DNA of 64,000 bases from NCBI GenBank assembly GCA_963693365.1, contig CAVNZM010000006.1, positions 2,480,001-2,544,000 on the forward strand. The letters run 5' to 3'. Source of the DNA: Amoebidium appalachense (lineage: Eukaryota > Protista > Ichthyosporea). The translations under genes were made by a program, and so were the position numbers. The notes under the pieces are model-generated. The model was not told where the DNA came from. It did no database searches and was given only the letters and a program-made list of their open reading frames with translations. Of the stretch, positions 31,383 through 45,589 are shown piece by piece. Position 1 is the first letter of the stretch. Each line of letters opens with the position of its first letter.

Positions 31383-32149
31383 GGGGGGGGGGAGAAGGGA
31401 AGGGAAGGAGGGAGGGAGGGAGCCTCGGAGGGAGACGGAGAAAGAGAGACGGAGCGAGAGTGACACGACAGTGACGACAGTGAGAAGCAGGAAGGAAGGA
31501 GGGAGGGAGAGAGGGAGAGAGCCTCAGGGAGGAGGGAGGGAGGGAGGGAGAAAGAGGAAGTGAGTGACACCACAATGAGAAGCAGTATTTTTTTTACTTT
31601 CTTTTTTTTGGGGGGGTGGGGGGGGGGGGGGGGGGGGGGGGATTGGGACAGATAATGAGCAGAATGCCTCGGAGAGAGGGAGGGAGGTACAGAGAGAGGG
31701 AAAGCAAGAGGGAGGGAGTGAGTGAGAGAGAACCAGCCTTGCGGGGGGAGGGGGGTGGGTGGGGGGGGGGAGGGAGAGAGAGAGAGACAGAGAGAGAGAG
31801 CGAGCTCTGAAAGAAAAGGTAGCGATGCAGACAAAAGTTTTATTAGTAGTACTAAGTGTTTTGTGTGATGGTGGAGAAAGGGTCATGTTTCTGTGTGGTA
31901 TATAAAGGACCGGGAGACAGGAAAGCATAAAGAGGAACCTACTAAAAACACAGGGGCTCGTGTACACTCAAGATTTCATGGCACAGTACTTATGTTCTCA
32001 CAGATAAAACAACGAGTTACTTATAACTCTATCCTTAAGCTTAAAGCGCTTCTGACTCTATACCACGCGCTCTGGGGGGGGGAGGGGGGGGGAAGAAGGA
32101 ACTACTAATAATTTGAAGCCCTTACATTCATGGGCGAGGTGTTTGCTTT

Positions 32150-32308
32150 GGTGAGAACGGAAACACAATGGGCAGGCAGGAAGGGAGAGAGGGAAATGGA
32201 AGTAAGGTATTAAGCTACAGAAAGTTCTATGGTGAGACGGGAAACACAATGGGCAGGAAGGAAGGGAAAGAGGGAAAAGGAAGTGAGGTATTAAGCTACA
32301 AGAAGTTG
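32150..32308. repeat. Tandem duplication of ~80 bp
   Basis: ggtgaga..ggaaacacaatgggcagg.aggaaggga.agagggaaa.ggaagt.aggtattaagctaca occurs twice. Confidence 0.85.
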
Positions 32309-32505
32309 CCCAAAGCTGGGCTTTTATTAGTTACCTAACTTAGTACTATCGGAAAGTAACGGGTGGGATAGATGTTTGTGGGATGCAATCGACGGCTCAG
32401 GATGCATAAGATTTGCCATGAACCCTGATGTTAACTTCAGCCCTAGCGGAACAGATAGCTCCTTGCAAGCCACGTTCAGCAACTGGCCTTTTCGAAACTT
32501 AAAAG

Positions 32506-32768
32506 AGGGGCGTAACAAACTTGTTTTCTTCAAGAAGCAATTTCCGTTCGCGACATATGTCAGATTTCATACACAGTATGCTGTACATCGAGGGGCGTAA
32601 CAAAGCTGTTTTCTTCATGAAGCAATTTCTGTTCGCGATAGATGTAAGGTTTTATACACAGTATGCTGTACATCAAAGAGGGGCGTAACAAAGTCGCTTT
32701 CTTCAAGAAGCAATTTCCGTTCGCGATAGATATCAATGTATGATTTTATGCACAGTATGCTGTATATC
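32506..32768. repeat. ~86-bp tandem repeat, 3 copies
   Basis: gaggggcgtaacaaa...ttcttcaagaagcaatttccgttcgcga...cacagtatgctgta starts at 32506, 32590 and 32678. Confidence 0.9.
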
Positions 32769-33322
32769 ACACTGACACATCATTGATTGACTGTTCAATG
32801 CGCTTGTAGCACACCGTATTTCGACACACAGGAGAGGAAGAAACATTCGAAGACAGTGATCTCGATAATGTAATGGACTGTTTCATATCAGACAATTTCG
32901 AATTTAGTATACTGTAGTGAGTTTCAAGGGATGATATAAACGAGGAAATGAAACCCCGGACTCACTCACGTGACAATGACCGAAACAAATGCATGACTCT
33001 GCTTGGAAAACATTTTCAACGTTAAACATAAACAGCACATGGGTACAAACATTATTTTGATTGGTTGCTTTTGGCGGAAAGTACGTTTATTGGAGTCATA
33101 AAATCCGTACCAACGCTGCGTTCTCGCCGCAGCTGACGCGCAGGTGTTGGGCGGGCAGCACACATACATAAATCTTTGGTCTATGTGCTTTGGTTTTCAC
33201 CCGGCTGCCGTTTTCTACTTTTTCTGAAAGTTTTTTTTTCTCCCCCAAAGGGAACTGCTCTATAACGCTCCGGCGTTACATCTTGGCGAACACCGCCCCC
33301 TACCCCCCGACCCTCCGAGTGT

Positions 33323-36300
33323 ATGAGTCAGAAACAACCCAAGCCTACCCTAACCGGGCAGCGCCTGCGCACCCGTAAGCGCGGTAGGTCGACCGTGACA
33401 GACACTCACTTGCTGGAGCATGTTCATAGATTTCCCTCACGGGGGCATACGTGAGTGCCGAGGGAGCACGTGAAAATAGTACAGCCCGTTTAGTATCCAG
33501 TTTTGCAGAATAGTCCCTTAAGCTAAGGTACCCCACATTATTTATGGTGGCTGGCGTCATCATAGTCAAGCTTCACACGTCGACAAGGCAGAATACTGGG
33601 AAAGAGAAGCCGCTTCCTTGCCAGTAGCTTTGACTGGTGTGGTGTTCACTGACCTGCATGACAGGCTGCTTCACTGTTGTGGTTCAAGTCTTACTTGATC
33701 CTTGTGTCTTGGCCTTTCTCCCCCCTGTTATTCCACATAGTGTCTGACAGTTTTCCTTGGGGCAACAGACAATGAAAAGCACGCCAAATTCGACCCCGAG
33801 TCGTTCCGCGACGCGGTGGTAGTGGGCCTGAACGAGGCCAACGGGGACTTTGATGCTGCGGCACGGTTCCTGGACTTGCAGGGCGGCAGCAAGCTGGACT
33901 ACAGCCGCTATGGCGAGACCCTCTTCGACATCCTCTTCGCCGGCGGCATCCTAGGTGTGTGCTTGGTGGGTTGGAGCGAGAGATGAGGATTTTCTTGGAG
34001 GGTTTTGTGTTATGCCTCGGTGTGAAGTTTTCGTGCCTCCCTCGTCGGAAGAACCCGGTGTTTACTGTAGATCATACAGCTGATGGGGTGTCACTATGGG
34101 GGTGCATGTGGAGATATGACCACTTGCTGGTATATGGTGTTCAAGGGGAACAGATTGCTGTATGTTGGAGTACAGGTTCAGAGGTTTGTGTTTGGTTGGT
34201 TTCTGGATCTAATACAGGTGTGATGTGTCAGGGGCATGTGCTTTTACAAACGAGGTCGTGCGCTGTGCTTGTTGCCTCCGAGACCTGTTCACGTGGGCTT
34301 TTGTGGTGGTCGTGCTCCTTTGGTTAACGTGTGTGGGTGTGCAGCGTCGGGTGGCATGGTGGAAGAGGATGGGGAGGGCAAGACCAGCTTCTGTGTGTTC
34401 GGCATGGAGAATGAGGAGAAGCTGAAGGAGTTCAGTGAACTCCTGAACAAGCTGACCCGCCGCTACAAGTCTGTATCCCCCCCCCCCCCCCCCCCCTCCC
34501 CCTTCCTAAGGGCTTCTGCATTCTCTCCCCTTCTCCTCCTCTCTTCCCGTTCATTACTTCGTCCTTTTTTTTTTTCGGTCACGGCCGTCTATAGGTGTGT
34601 ACCGGTCTTAAGGTTTCCAAGACAGAACTCATATGCAGCACCCTTACAGGCGGTACTTTTATACGAACTGGGCAGACAGTCGTGCTCAAACATGCCATGT
34701 AAATGTAGTTTAAAGGGAAGCTTTGGTGGTGGGTTTTGATGGTTTTTCGGTGGGGTGTGGGCTGTATGGATGACACGGAGAGGGATCTTGTGTGGTGTGG
34801 TGGGGCTGTAGGGGTGTGTGTGAGGGTGTGTTTGGTGCCTGATGTTGTGGAGCAGGATTTTACTGCTGTTGTTCTATGTAGGTGTTGTGAGGCACAGTCA
34901 AGTTGCCCGTGTGTGTGTGTCGGGGGGGGGGGGGGGGGTTTCTGCACTTGAGCCGTTTCATTCTTGTGGGGTGGCGCGCTGCCAACCCCCCCCCCCCCCC
35001 CCCCCTTCCCCCTTCTTTTCACCTGCTCGCTCTCTATAGTGTACTTCGTAATACAAACCACTGTTCTTGGTCGGGTGCCTGTCCTGTGAGACCTATGAGT
35101 AATGGGTGGACCATTCGTATTGGATGGAGCCACTCAGCAGCTTGCATTTGCAGTGGTCGACGAGAGAATGTGTGTTGACTTCAAACCACTCTTATGGAGG
35201 GTGGGGGTGGGGGTGGGGATGAAAAAGGATTTGAATAATTTAAACAAGATGTGCACCTTGTGGTTTTTCCTGTGCGCTTTGTTCCGAGTCACCATCCAGA
35301 AATCAAGTTTGGATAGTCCTAGATACAATGCACGGCCGAGCACCATGCTGGCCGTAGTTGTCTGTGTCGGTGTTCTGGTGTATTGACGACGGCATACAAC
35401 TGAGTATAATGACCAGTCGATGGACACAAGTGGACGCAGAACTGTCTGGTCCCTGCATTTAGGATGCAGAACCATCTATGTCATAATACTTGGCTATGCC
35501 CATGGTGTCAGTCTAGGTTGCAAGATTATTCCCTTAGAGAAGCACGCCAGAGTATGTGGTTGCCTCTTTGCAGGCCTTTATCAGTGGGTCTGTAGTAGCT
35601 GATTTTTCGAGGGAACAGGTACCTGATCAAGACGGCCAACGAGAACGTGATCAAGAACTTCAAGTTCCTTGCTGTGTTTGGGGAGAAGGAGCGGCAGAAC
35701 TTTGCCACGCTGCTGGCCATCAACTTCACCACCCACGCCATCATTGCCCCCACCGTGCTGACCGGCCTGCTGGCAGACCACCTGGTCAAGGACGGTGTGT
35801 GTCCCCTCGTGTATTTATGTCTGCTGGTGTGTTTGCATATGGTTGTGCACTGCATTGCGTCAGTGCATCCCCCCCCCCCCCCCCCTCGCCTCCTTCTCCC
35901 TGGAAAAATAATGTAAAATGAAAGCATCATACACATTTGTTTTGGTCTCTCTCTCGGCACATGCATTTGCATGTGCAACAGGATCTGCACCACACTCTTT
36001 GTGTGCCTTCTGTTGTATCCTTCCTTTCCCCTCCTTTACGCACATGTGGGCATACATGCATCACCGTCTCTAGACCCCCCCCCCTCCCCCCCCCCCCCCC
36101 CCTGCGTGCCCCCAGCACGCTTCATGCCCATGACACTGACTTTATCCTCCACAGAGATGGCGCTGAAGTTCCTGACGCAGCTGCTTCAGGTTCTGCTGAA
36201 GCTGGGCCCCGAAGATGCCGTGGCTAACCTCATGCGCAAGGCCGGCATCGAGAACCGTCTGGTGCGTATTATTATTGGGGAGAGGAAGGGGGGGGGGGGG

Positions 36301-37041
36301 GGGGGGCAGGTCTTCATGTTGCCGGCCTGGTATGTGTGTGTCTGTTGGGAAAGGCTGGCCGGGTTTGAAGAGGTGGGGGGGGGGGGGGGGGGCAAATGCT
36401 TTCTGGATGTCGGCCTGGGGAGGGGGAGGGGGGAGAGGCTGTCGTTTTTTTTTTGTTTTTTTTTGTTTTGGTGGAGGGGGGGGGGGGGGGGGGGGGGGGA
36501 AGCTGTCGTTTTTTCTGTTTTTTTTTTTTTTGGGGGGGGGGGGGGGAGGGGGGGATGTGTTTATGACATCATAAGGTTGGTTTGGTAGCAATTGGTGAAA
36601 GGGTTGAACTCGTGTATATGTAGTTCGGGAATACATGGAGCATATGGTGGCTTTGCATGCTGCATTCTGTGTATCTGGTGTGTGGATACATGGTGCTGAC
36701 ACGTTTTTTTTTCCAGCTGGAGTTCTTCCCGGAGAACAAGCGGCGGGAGGAGGTGATGGAGGCTCACTTCAGCAGCAACGGGCTGACCAAGGTGGTGGAG
36801 ATGTACCGGCGCAAGGAGCAGGGCAAGCAGAAGGGCGAGTTCAAGACCACCCTCAAGGAGATGTTTGAGCGCGGTGACAGTGCGGCAGACATCATTGCAA
36901 AGACGGACGAGTTTGCTAAGCGCACGGACATGGCCTCTGATGACCTGGTGGCCCTGCTGTGGGCTAGCATGATGGCCGCCATTGACTGGAACAAGAAGCC
37001 TGACCTGCTGGAGAAGGATGCACTGCGCCACATCAAGGTGG

Positions 37042-37079
<38 letters not shown>

Positions 37080-37224
37080 AGGCATGTCTTGAATACGACA
37101 AGTGGTTAGTTGCAAGAAGGGGAGCGTGGTCCATATTGGGGAGAGCCAAGGCCACCGAAAAATACTGATTTAGACACAGAGTCATAGTGTATGTGTGTCG
37201 ACAAAGGTGTGTCGATGGGGAAAG

Positions 37225-37282
<58 letters not shown>

Positions 37283-37642
37283 TGGTCGTATTGTGTTCCA
37301 TTCTTTGCACCAGTATGTATCTATAGAACCAATGATCATCGAAACTGACGTGATTTTCTGCAGGCCAACCACAAGATCCTGGGGCACTACTGCAGCAACG
37401 GCAAGACGCAGCTGCACCTGCTGCTGTGCATGCAGTCGTTCTGCTACGACAACATGGACTTCATGAAGCTGTTCACAAAGATGGTCACGGTGCTCTACAA
37501 CACAGACGTCGTGGCCGAGAGCGTGGTGCAGAAGTGGTTCAAGGACGGCCACAGCCAGAAGGGCAAGAGCGTGTTCCTCAAGCAGATGCAGCCCATGATC
37601 GACTGGCTCAATGCCGCAGAGGAGGAGAGTGACGAGGAGTGA
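33323..37642 (+). CDS. BZW: eIF5-mimic protein (5MP / basic leucine zipper and W2 domain protein)
   Basis: Exons 33323-33383, 33769-33954, 34345-34468, 35619-35794, 36155-36261, 36717-37037 and 37364-37642. They read MSQKQPKPTLTGQRLRTRKRD...KFDPESFRD...KLDYSRYGETLFDILFAGG...LLEFFPENKR, with the W2 end KWFKDGHSQKGKSVFLKQMQPMIDWLNAAEEESDEE. Confidence 0.96.
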
Positions 37643-38235
37643 TTAAAATGTTTAAAAGTATGAATTAAAGAGGCCCCGGTGGCCAACCAATGTAATTGTG
37701 CGTGTGCTGTCTTGGCTCAAAGGGAAGGAGGATTGTTAACACATACTGTGTGTGTGCAGGGAAGCTCGTCGGACTCCGTGCAGGCGTGTGGCTCTGCTGT
37801 GGGCATACCGGGCAGATGGGGAGGGGGGGGGGAGTGGGCGGGCACACATGAGCCTAAGTGGATCGGTGGCGTATATATGGTCGGCCCGGAAGAGCCCGTT
37901 GCAGTGGCATGCACAGCTTGGCTAGGAACCGCAACCGCGGTTGATCATGAATGCATGATATTGTCTGCGTGCCAGACTGTCACTCAATGTTATTGTTAGG
38001 CTGCATAGGCGTGCACACCGTGGCCTGCCCATTCAGTCTGGATGCCGACGTGTGCACCTGCCAAGTCTGATGTGTGCCGCAAAGCTTGAGGGGATGAATG
38101 TGGGTACCGTACCACCTGGGATAGAACAACCGTATGTTCATGCTAACCCGAGATAGACTCTTGGTTAGGTACATACATACCGGTTTCGGATTAATTCCGG
38201 AATCACACCGAATTAAGCTGCCCTCCCTTTTGGTT

Positions 38236-38266
<31 letters not shown>

Positions 38267-38624
38267 TTTTTCCGAGGCCTCCCCCCTCCGGCCTCCAGAG
38301 GGTGCCGGTATTGCAACGCTAATTAGTTATTGGTACTCAAAAAACAGTCGACCACAACGTGCCTGGGCTAAAAATACCTTGGTTTTCGAATTCACCATGC
38401 AATATAATAATATGAGCGGTTCAACTAGCAAAGTGTATTTTCATCATAGCTACGTGCTATCACGATCACATATTGGGCTTCTTGAAAAGACCAGCTCTCA
38501 CGGCGTGCGATAAAACCGGCTGCAAGTTATGCATGGGCACATTGTGTATTAGAGTGTATGCGTGTACGTGTGTGCACATCATGGTGTGGGTGTGTGTTAC
38601 ATGTGTGTGTGTGTGTGTGTGGGT

Positions 38625-38657
<33 letters not shown>

Positions 38658-39240
38658 ACTACATCTACGTAGGGCATAATTGTAATATACGTATTATGCC
38701 ATTGCAAAAGAACCCTGCATATATTTACTAACGAGATAAATGCCAGCAAAGATTGTGCATGAAATACAATGTAGGTACTCATTTGTGTGTTTGTGTGCAC
38801 GTCATGTCCGCACTGACATCGCAGCATGCAATAGTCGATCCCCGTTAAAGTTGGGTCCGAAGGGGAAAATAATTCGATTTTAAACTGCAAATGGTTGTTT
38901 TTAATTTACACGGTTCATGTTTTGGGCAAATCCAAGATTAGAAGCACTGCCCCTCGTGTGCGCCCTGCATGGCTTTTTCGGCAACGCCCAACAGTCAAAT
39001 GATATGACCGTACGATATACAAAGACCAGAGATGTTTTATTGTATTTAATCACGTCATACAATTTATACAGTCCCCCCGAATTTTTTGGTTTCGCGGGCT
39101 TGTCATATGATACATATCTTTCCCTCAAAGCAACACTGCTGTGATGCCAAAACCTCAAACAAATCTATTAGTAACCTAAATAATCACTTAACCACCCCCA
39201 GTACGCAACCATGCGCCCGAATATAACCATTGACACCCCC

Positions 39241-39523
39241 CTACGATGCCAAGTAATTGCACAGCAAGCGCACACCAAACCCACTAGCCCCCTCAGGCAT
39301 GTACCAGCGTTGCTTTGTGTACTGTGCAGGCCCATTGATATCTAGGTGCGCCCATGCAACCCCCTCCTCCACAAAACGCTCCAAAAATGCCGCAGCTGTG
39401 CATGCACCCCCCGCACGGCCGCCCGAGTTTCTCAGGTCACTGTGCGCACCCTTCATCTCTTCACGGTGGTCGTCCATGATCGGCATGTGCCAGATGGGCT
39501 CATGCACGTAGGCACTCGATGCC

Positions 39524-39578
<55 letters not shown>

Positions 39579-39618
39579 TGGTGGTGGGGGGGGGGGGGGG
39601 GGGGGGGGGGGGAGAGGG

Positions 39619-39652
<34 letters not shown>

Positions 39653-40224
39653 CTGTCTTCAACGTGCTGAAGTTTCGATCCACGGACTTATTATACCTGA
39701 TTACATCGAAGTCAACGTGCAAAACAGTGTGTGAGTGTGTGAGTGTGTGTGTGTGTGTGTGTGTTTGTGTGTGTGTATGGCCCCGGGGGGGGAGGGGGGG
39801 GGGGGGGAAGGAGAGGGGGAGGGGGAGGGAGAGGGGGCCGGGGGGGGGGGGGGAGAGGGGGAGGGTGAGTGATCGTTTACCTTAAGCTTAGCAAGCAGTT
39901 GCTCACTGTTTGTAAAGCAACCAGCGGTGATCTCCCCCAGTGCCACCTTGTTTGCCCCAGTGAGTGTGGCCAGGTCGATCAAGGTCTTGACGTCCCAATT
40001 CTTCTGTGCATACGCCATGCCGTCTGCTAGCACAAGCCTGCCCTCTGCATCCGTGTTGCCTATCTCCACGGTGAGCCCCTTGTAGCTGCGTAGGATGCAC
40101 GAGGGGAGGTAGGCCTCGTGGCTGATGGCGTTTTCTGTGGGAGTGGATGTGCATGTGTGTGAGGGTGTGGTTGTAGATGTGGTCTTAGTTGCTAGGGGAT
40201 AGTTTTCTTGTCCCCTTTTCTTTT

Positions 40225-40260
<36 letters not shown>

Positions 40261-40527
40261 TTTTTTTTTTTGGGGGGGGGGGGGGGGGGGAAGAGAGGAG
40301 AGAGAGAGAAGGCGTGGGGGGGGGGGGGGGGGGGGGGGGAAGTATTTCTCAGAGGACCGTTACACGCTGACCAAAAAAGCCAAAAGGCAAGACATGATCA
40401 AACACACAATGGCAGTTCTTTACATGGACTTATGCCTGCCAGTGAGGTCTGTGACACACCCATCCTCTCTCTGTCTGTGTGTGTGTGATATGTCTTGTGC
40501 ACATGAGCAATTCAGCTGGGCGAAAGG

Positions 40528-40562
<35 letters not shown>

Positions 40563-41206
40563 GTGTTTCTGGGTGAATGTGTATATAAGCAAGAAAATGG
40601 GGGGAGGAGGAGTGCGTGCGCGCGCGCGTGTGTGTGTGGGACGGGACGAGGGGAAGGGTCCTATACCGGCCATGCACATGACACCCAGCACGTTCTTCTT
40701 GACGGTGCCCAGCTCGGCCAGTGCTCTCATTGTTGCTAGGACCACGGCAGACCCGCACATGTCCATGTACATGGTCTCCATAAACCCCGTGCCCTTGATG
40801 TTGTAACCCCCCGTGTCGAACACAACACCCTTGCCTACAAGTGCCTCGTACGGTTGGCCGGCACCGGCTCCCTAAACCCCAGCAGAAAAGACATTGGCAG
40901 GAGCAAATCAAAGCGACCTAAACAGACATGATATCTGCACACACCAATCATATTTGGTCTGAACTTATAACGCACCACCAACACCTTTGTGTGAGTTGTG
41001 ACCATGGACAGTTCTCATCTGTAACACCTCTGATATGGGTGCTGCGGTGTGTGTGTGCTCTTTGGCTCTACTTCCTCTCTCTCTCTTGGCCACATCTACA
41101 TCGTTCTATCCGTTGCACATTGACACCTGCCACATCCTCCCCTCCCTAGCCAGCCCCCCCCCCCCCCCTCCCCCCCCCCCAAAAGAAGCAGCAGGACCAA
41201 CATATA

Positions 41207-41250
<44 letters not shown>

Positions 41251-41287
41251 CGGACACACACACACGCACGCACACGCACGCACGCAC

Positions 41288-41323
<36 letters not shown>

Positions 41324-41973
41324 CACACACACACACACCTGGTATTCGATGAAAATGAGCCTTGGCTTCTCCCTAGCCCCCTGGCCCACGCCACAGATCA
41401 GGCCCAGGCCCTTCTCCTTCATCTCGGGGTACCGCAGCACTGTGAGCTTGAGGGCTGGGTACTTGTTGCACACCTCACGTGCTGCATTCTCGTAGTATAA
41501 GGTGTCGGCCTGCGGGTAGGTGTGTGTTACACAGTGTGGAGTTGAGACTTCAGGGAGGATAACCTAAAAGAACATGTGTAAAACGAATACCAAAAGGGGA
41601 GGAGGGGGATCTTTTGGGGGGGGAGGGGGGGAGGGGGGGGGGGGGGGGGGGTCAGATCATTAAGTATATATTCACAACGGACAATACAATGGAGATAATG
41701 CCAAAGGGAGCACACTCAAAAGTAGGGAATATGGATGGGGGGGGGGGGGGGGGGGGGCGTGGAAAGGGCGGGTGCTTGTTTGCACTTTAGGAGAGAGGAA
41801 GAAGGGGCAATTTCTCAGCTGAAAAGGTGGGTGGTAGGAGCTGCCCACAGGAATAAAAGAATAGAAATTTAGGGTTGGGGGGTTGGGGGGGGGGGGAGGG
41901 GGGGGGGGGGGTTAAATGTAGCCTCAGACTAGATAAGATATCGCAGTTGGGGTAAAGAGGCAAGGCTTCTCCC

Positions 41974-42013
<40 letters not shown>

Positions 42014-42272
42014 GGGGGGGGCTAAAACAAGACTTTGGATTCCCCCCGTCCCCCCCCCCCCCCCCGGCGGAACCCAAGACGCTGGATTCCCCCCTCCCTA
42101 TATCCTTCCCCTCAGCGCCCAAATGCACACATGTGAACATCCCATTCGTTTCCAAAGCCCCCCCCACCCCTACCCCCCCCCCCCCCCCCCCCCCCCACAC
42201 ACACACACCAGAAAAGTAAACTAAAAATGATCCCCCCACCTTGTTTGGGCGCTCATTGCCCAGGTCCCCGGA

Positions 42273-42308
<36 letters not shown>

Positions 42309-42852
42309 GGGGGGACAACAAAAGAAGTCGGACACCCCTCCCCCTCCCCCTCCCCCCCCCCCTACCACCTTCCCCGCCCCCCCCCCTCCCCCCCCCCCCC
42401 CCCCCCCCCGCCCCCCGAACCAGAATAATAAACATGAAGCACATCCCCCCACCTTGTTTGAGCGCTCGTTGCCCAGGTCCCTAGCAAATGCGGTGCAGTT
42501 GGACACCGCCAGGGCTGCAGCCACAGCCGCCTGCCTGTCGCTGCCGTCCTCCCCACTGGCCACCGCCAACACAACATCAGAGAGGAGCGTCTTGCGGCGC
42601 TGCTCCTCCGTGATGTAGTCCTGCACAGATGTGTGTGTGTGTGTGTGTGCGTATGTGTGCGCGCGCGCACGCGTGTGTGTGTTGTGTATTCGGGAAGCAG
42701 GGACGTGTGTGTATGGTTACGAAGGAGGGGTATGTATTGGGTATATGTGTATGTGTATATGTCGTGTGTGTGTGTGTGTGTGTGTGTTAGAAGAGGTGTG
42801 GAGTTGTGGTGCACGTGTGTGTGAGCCTGGAGCCAGGGACGTTTGTGTGTGT

Positions 42853-42883
<31 letters not shown>

Positions 42884-43205
42884 TGGGTGTCAGTGGGAGC
42901 AATGGCAGGCTTGGTGATGGGCACCGGCCAGATGGGCGTGCATGCCTGAGGCTATAACACATGCAGGGGCATAGAGGGGTGCAGCTCTTTAATACAACGG
43001 CACACGTTTCGACGGGTGGGGTACATTTCAGAGAACTCACGCAGGAGCACCATTTACTTCCCTCCCCAACTCACGTGCTGGTAGGCACTAATTCACAGAG
43101 TGAAAATAGTGCTTTTATGTGTACATCCATGATGAGTATTATTTGCGAAAGCATTGACAAGAGGTGCTGTTAGGAATAGGCTTGTGTGTGTGCACCTGCG
43201 TGTGC

Positions 43206-43259
<54 letters not shown>

Positions 43260-43534
43260 GTCTCTCTCTTTCCCTCTCTCTCTCTCTTTCCCTCTCTCTC
43301 TGTGTGCGTGCGTGCGTGTGTTGGCGTGGGGGCGAGGGGGGGGGGGAGGAGGGGCCTAAGTACCTGCCAGAAGTAGTTAGAGAGGGGGACCGTCTCTGCT
43401 ATGGCCACGGCCACATCAAACGACAGCGAGAGCTCCTCCCTGCTGGGCACAACAACAACCGCAGACGTGTACTTGAGCTCACGCAGACGCTCAAGACCGG
43501 CGTGTGTGGCACGGCGCACTGTCTCCACCTGTGT

Positions 43535-43579
<45 letters not shown>

Positions 43580-44561
43580 CGGAAGGGAGAGGGGAGGGCG
43601 GGGAAGGGGGGGGGGGAGAGTAGGAGGGGTGAATAAGGGAAGCTGGGGGAGGAGGAAAGAGGGGGGGGGGGAAGAGGGGGGGGGGGGGGGGGGGGGAGTG
43701 GGGTGAGGATGAAGGCATGGGATCAGACTCTACACAATGAAGGGAGAACAATGGCTACACAACGAGTTTTATTCGAAGCAGTTCATAACACATAACACAG
43801 AACACAAGTAATTTAGGAATACGCAGCAGTGCAAGTCATCACCAAAGGGAGATGCAAAGAAAAAAAAGCGAGGGGAGAGGAGGAGGGGGCAGGGGGGGAG
43901 AGGGTGGACTTGTGAATGAGTGGGTGGTTATTGCACGTGTGTATAGTGGGATTGATTTTGGCAAGACCGGGAACGTAAACAGGAGCAAGGGTACTCACTT
44001 AACAGAAGAACTCTACTCTGTCAAAATCTCAGAAGGAAAAAGTGCAGGGGACAGGAAGGACAGTTCATCAAAGGCCAACAGAGAAGTCGGTGTCCCGAAG
44101 GAAACAAGAAGATAGAGGAGCCGCGGCTATTCGGAAAAACAGAGGGGGGAGGAGAGGGGGAGGGCAGCGGGGGGGGGGGGGGGGGGGGGGGGGGGAGGGG
44201 GCAGTACACACTGGAAGCAAAACAAAACAGAACGTAACAGGTTGCAGTGCTGCTAGTTAACAGGAATGCATGAGGACCCGAAACATGAAATCGCACGCAC
44301 CTTTGCGTCGTTCGCTGCGCCAAGGCCCACAAACACCGTCAGTGTCTTTTCAAAGTGCAGGTAGGTGCTTGAGGCGTCTCCCATAAACCGCACCCCCTTC
44401 ATAGCGTCCTGAGGGGCAGGGGCGTTCACAGCCCCCGCAAGCACATTCACGCCTTCCCCATCCTTGCCCTTGCCCACAAACACAATACGAGCTGTTTCCG
44501 TGTTGACACCTGCGGCCGGCGCAAGGCGCACGGCGCAAGCATAGTCGCGCACTACGCTCAT
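39241..44561 (-). CDS. Leucyl aminopeptidase, peptidase family M17
   Basis: Exons 44561-44301, 43528-43364, 42620-42453, 41509-41339, 40871-40667, 40134-39881 and 39522-39241 join in phase. Catalytic motifs [45 protein letters not shown] and WAHLDING are intact. Confidence 0.96.
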
Positions 44562-45542
44562 GTTTTGTGCGCGCACAGGCGCACTTGAAGTCTGTGCGTG
44601 TGATGGGTGTGTGACTGTGTGCGTGTCTTTTTGTTTGTTGTGGTCGAGGCTCTTTGTTCAATTTTCCACAGGGGTTGTGGGGTTTTTTGGCTGCGCTACC
44701 TGTTTTACCTCAAACTCAATCGTATGGTCAGAATTTCTCAATCGTTTTGGCGGGGTTCGTCTCATCTACGACTCGTATAGACCCCTTCTTATTATAAAAT
44801 CTGACAACCCGTTTCAGATGATTTTACAATTCTTTAGCGATTACACACCCCGATAGACAAAACAGGGCTTCATATTCCGCCCTTGAGTGCCAAAATAACC
44901 ACCTGACCACCTTTTACCTTGGAAAACACCCATTTTTGTATAAAAACACACCAAAATAAAGTAATGTGACCTATTTTACTGCTACGAAAAACCAATACAG
45001 CACCTCACCAATACAGCACCTCACAGCGTTACTCGTTTTGACCCCCTGGGCTTAATCGTAAATACGACAATTTGGAGTCGTAATTCAACCCCTGATTTTC
45101 CAGGAATCCAGGAAAATCGAACAACCAATCAAAGGCCTTAACAAATAATGAAATTTGAAAATACCTTCCATTTACGGAACTTACCTTATTTGGCTTACTG
45201 GGTGCGTGCGTAGCCAATGACCTTTTAGGTTTGCCAAAATTCCCGAGAAACCGTTGAACGCCTCATGATGATCACCGTGGCACTGCCAGCCGGGCGTGTT
45301 CATCGTGTGGCCAACGCGTGTGACGTCTCATGTTGTGGCTATGTACCCTTGAATCACCGCGCGTTCTTGTGGGTTTTGCTTTATACCTCTAATATTAGAC
45401 CTCTATCAATGCCAAATAAATCACATGCGAACAGCTCCACTGGCCGCACATATATATGCTAGGTGTACATATGCAACATAATCTCTCACTTTGCCAACGC
45501 GTCGCCGCGGCCGGAGAGCTCGCTTTCGAATTACTGAGTTAG

Positions 45543-45589
<47 letters not shown>

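Noticed and set aside
33384-35618. Intronic snoRNA/miRNA in BZW introns
   Set aside because: I could not identify convincing C/D boxes with a terminal stem, H/ACA architecture or a long hairpin by eye. An Infernal/Rfam scan would be needed.
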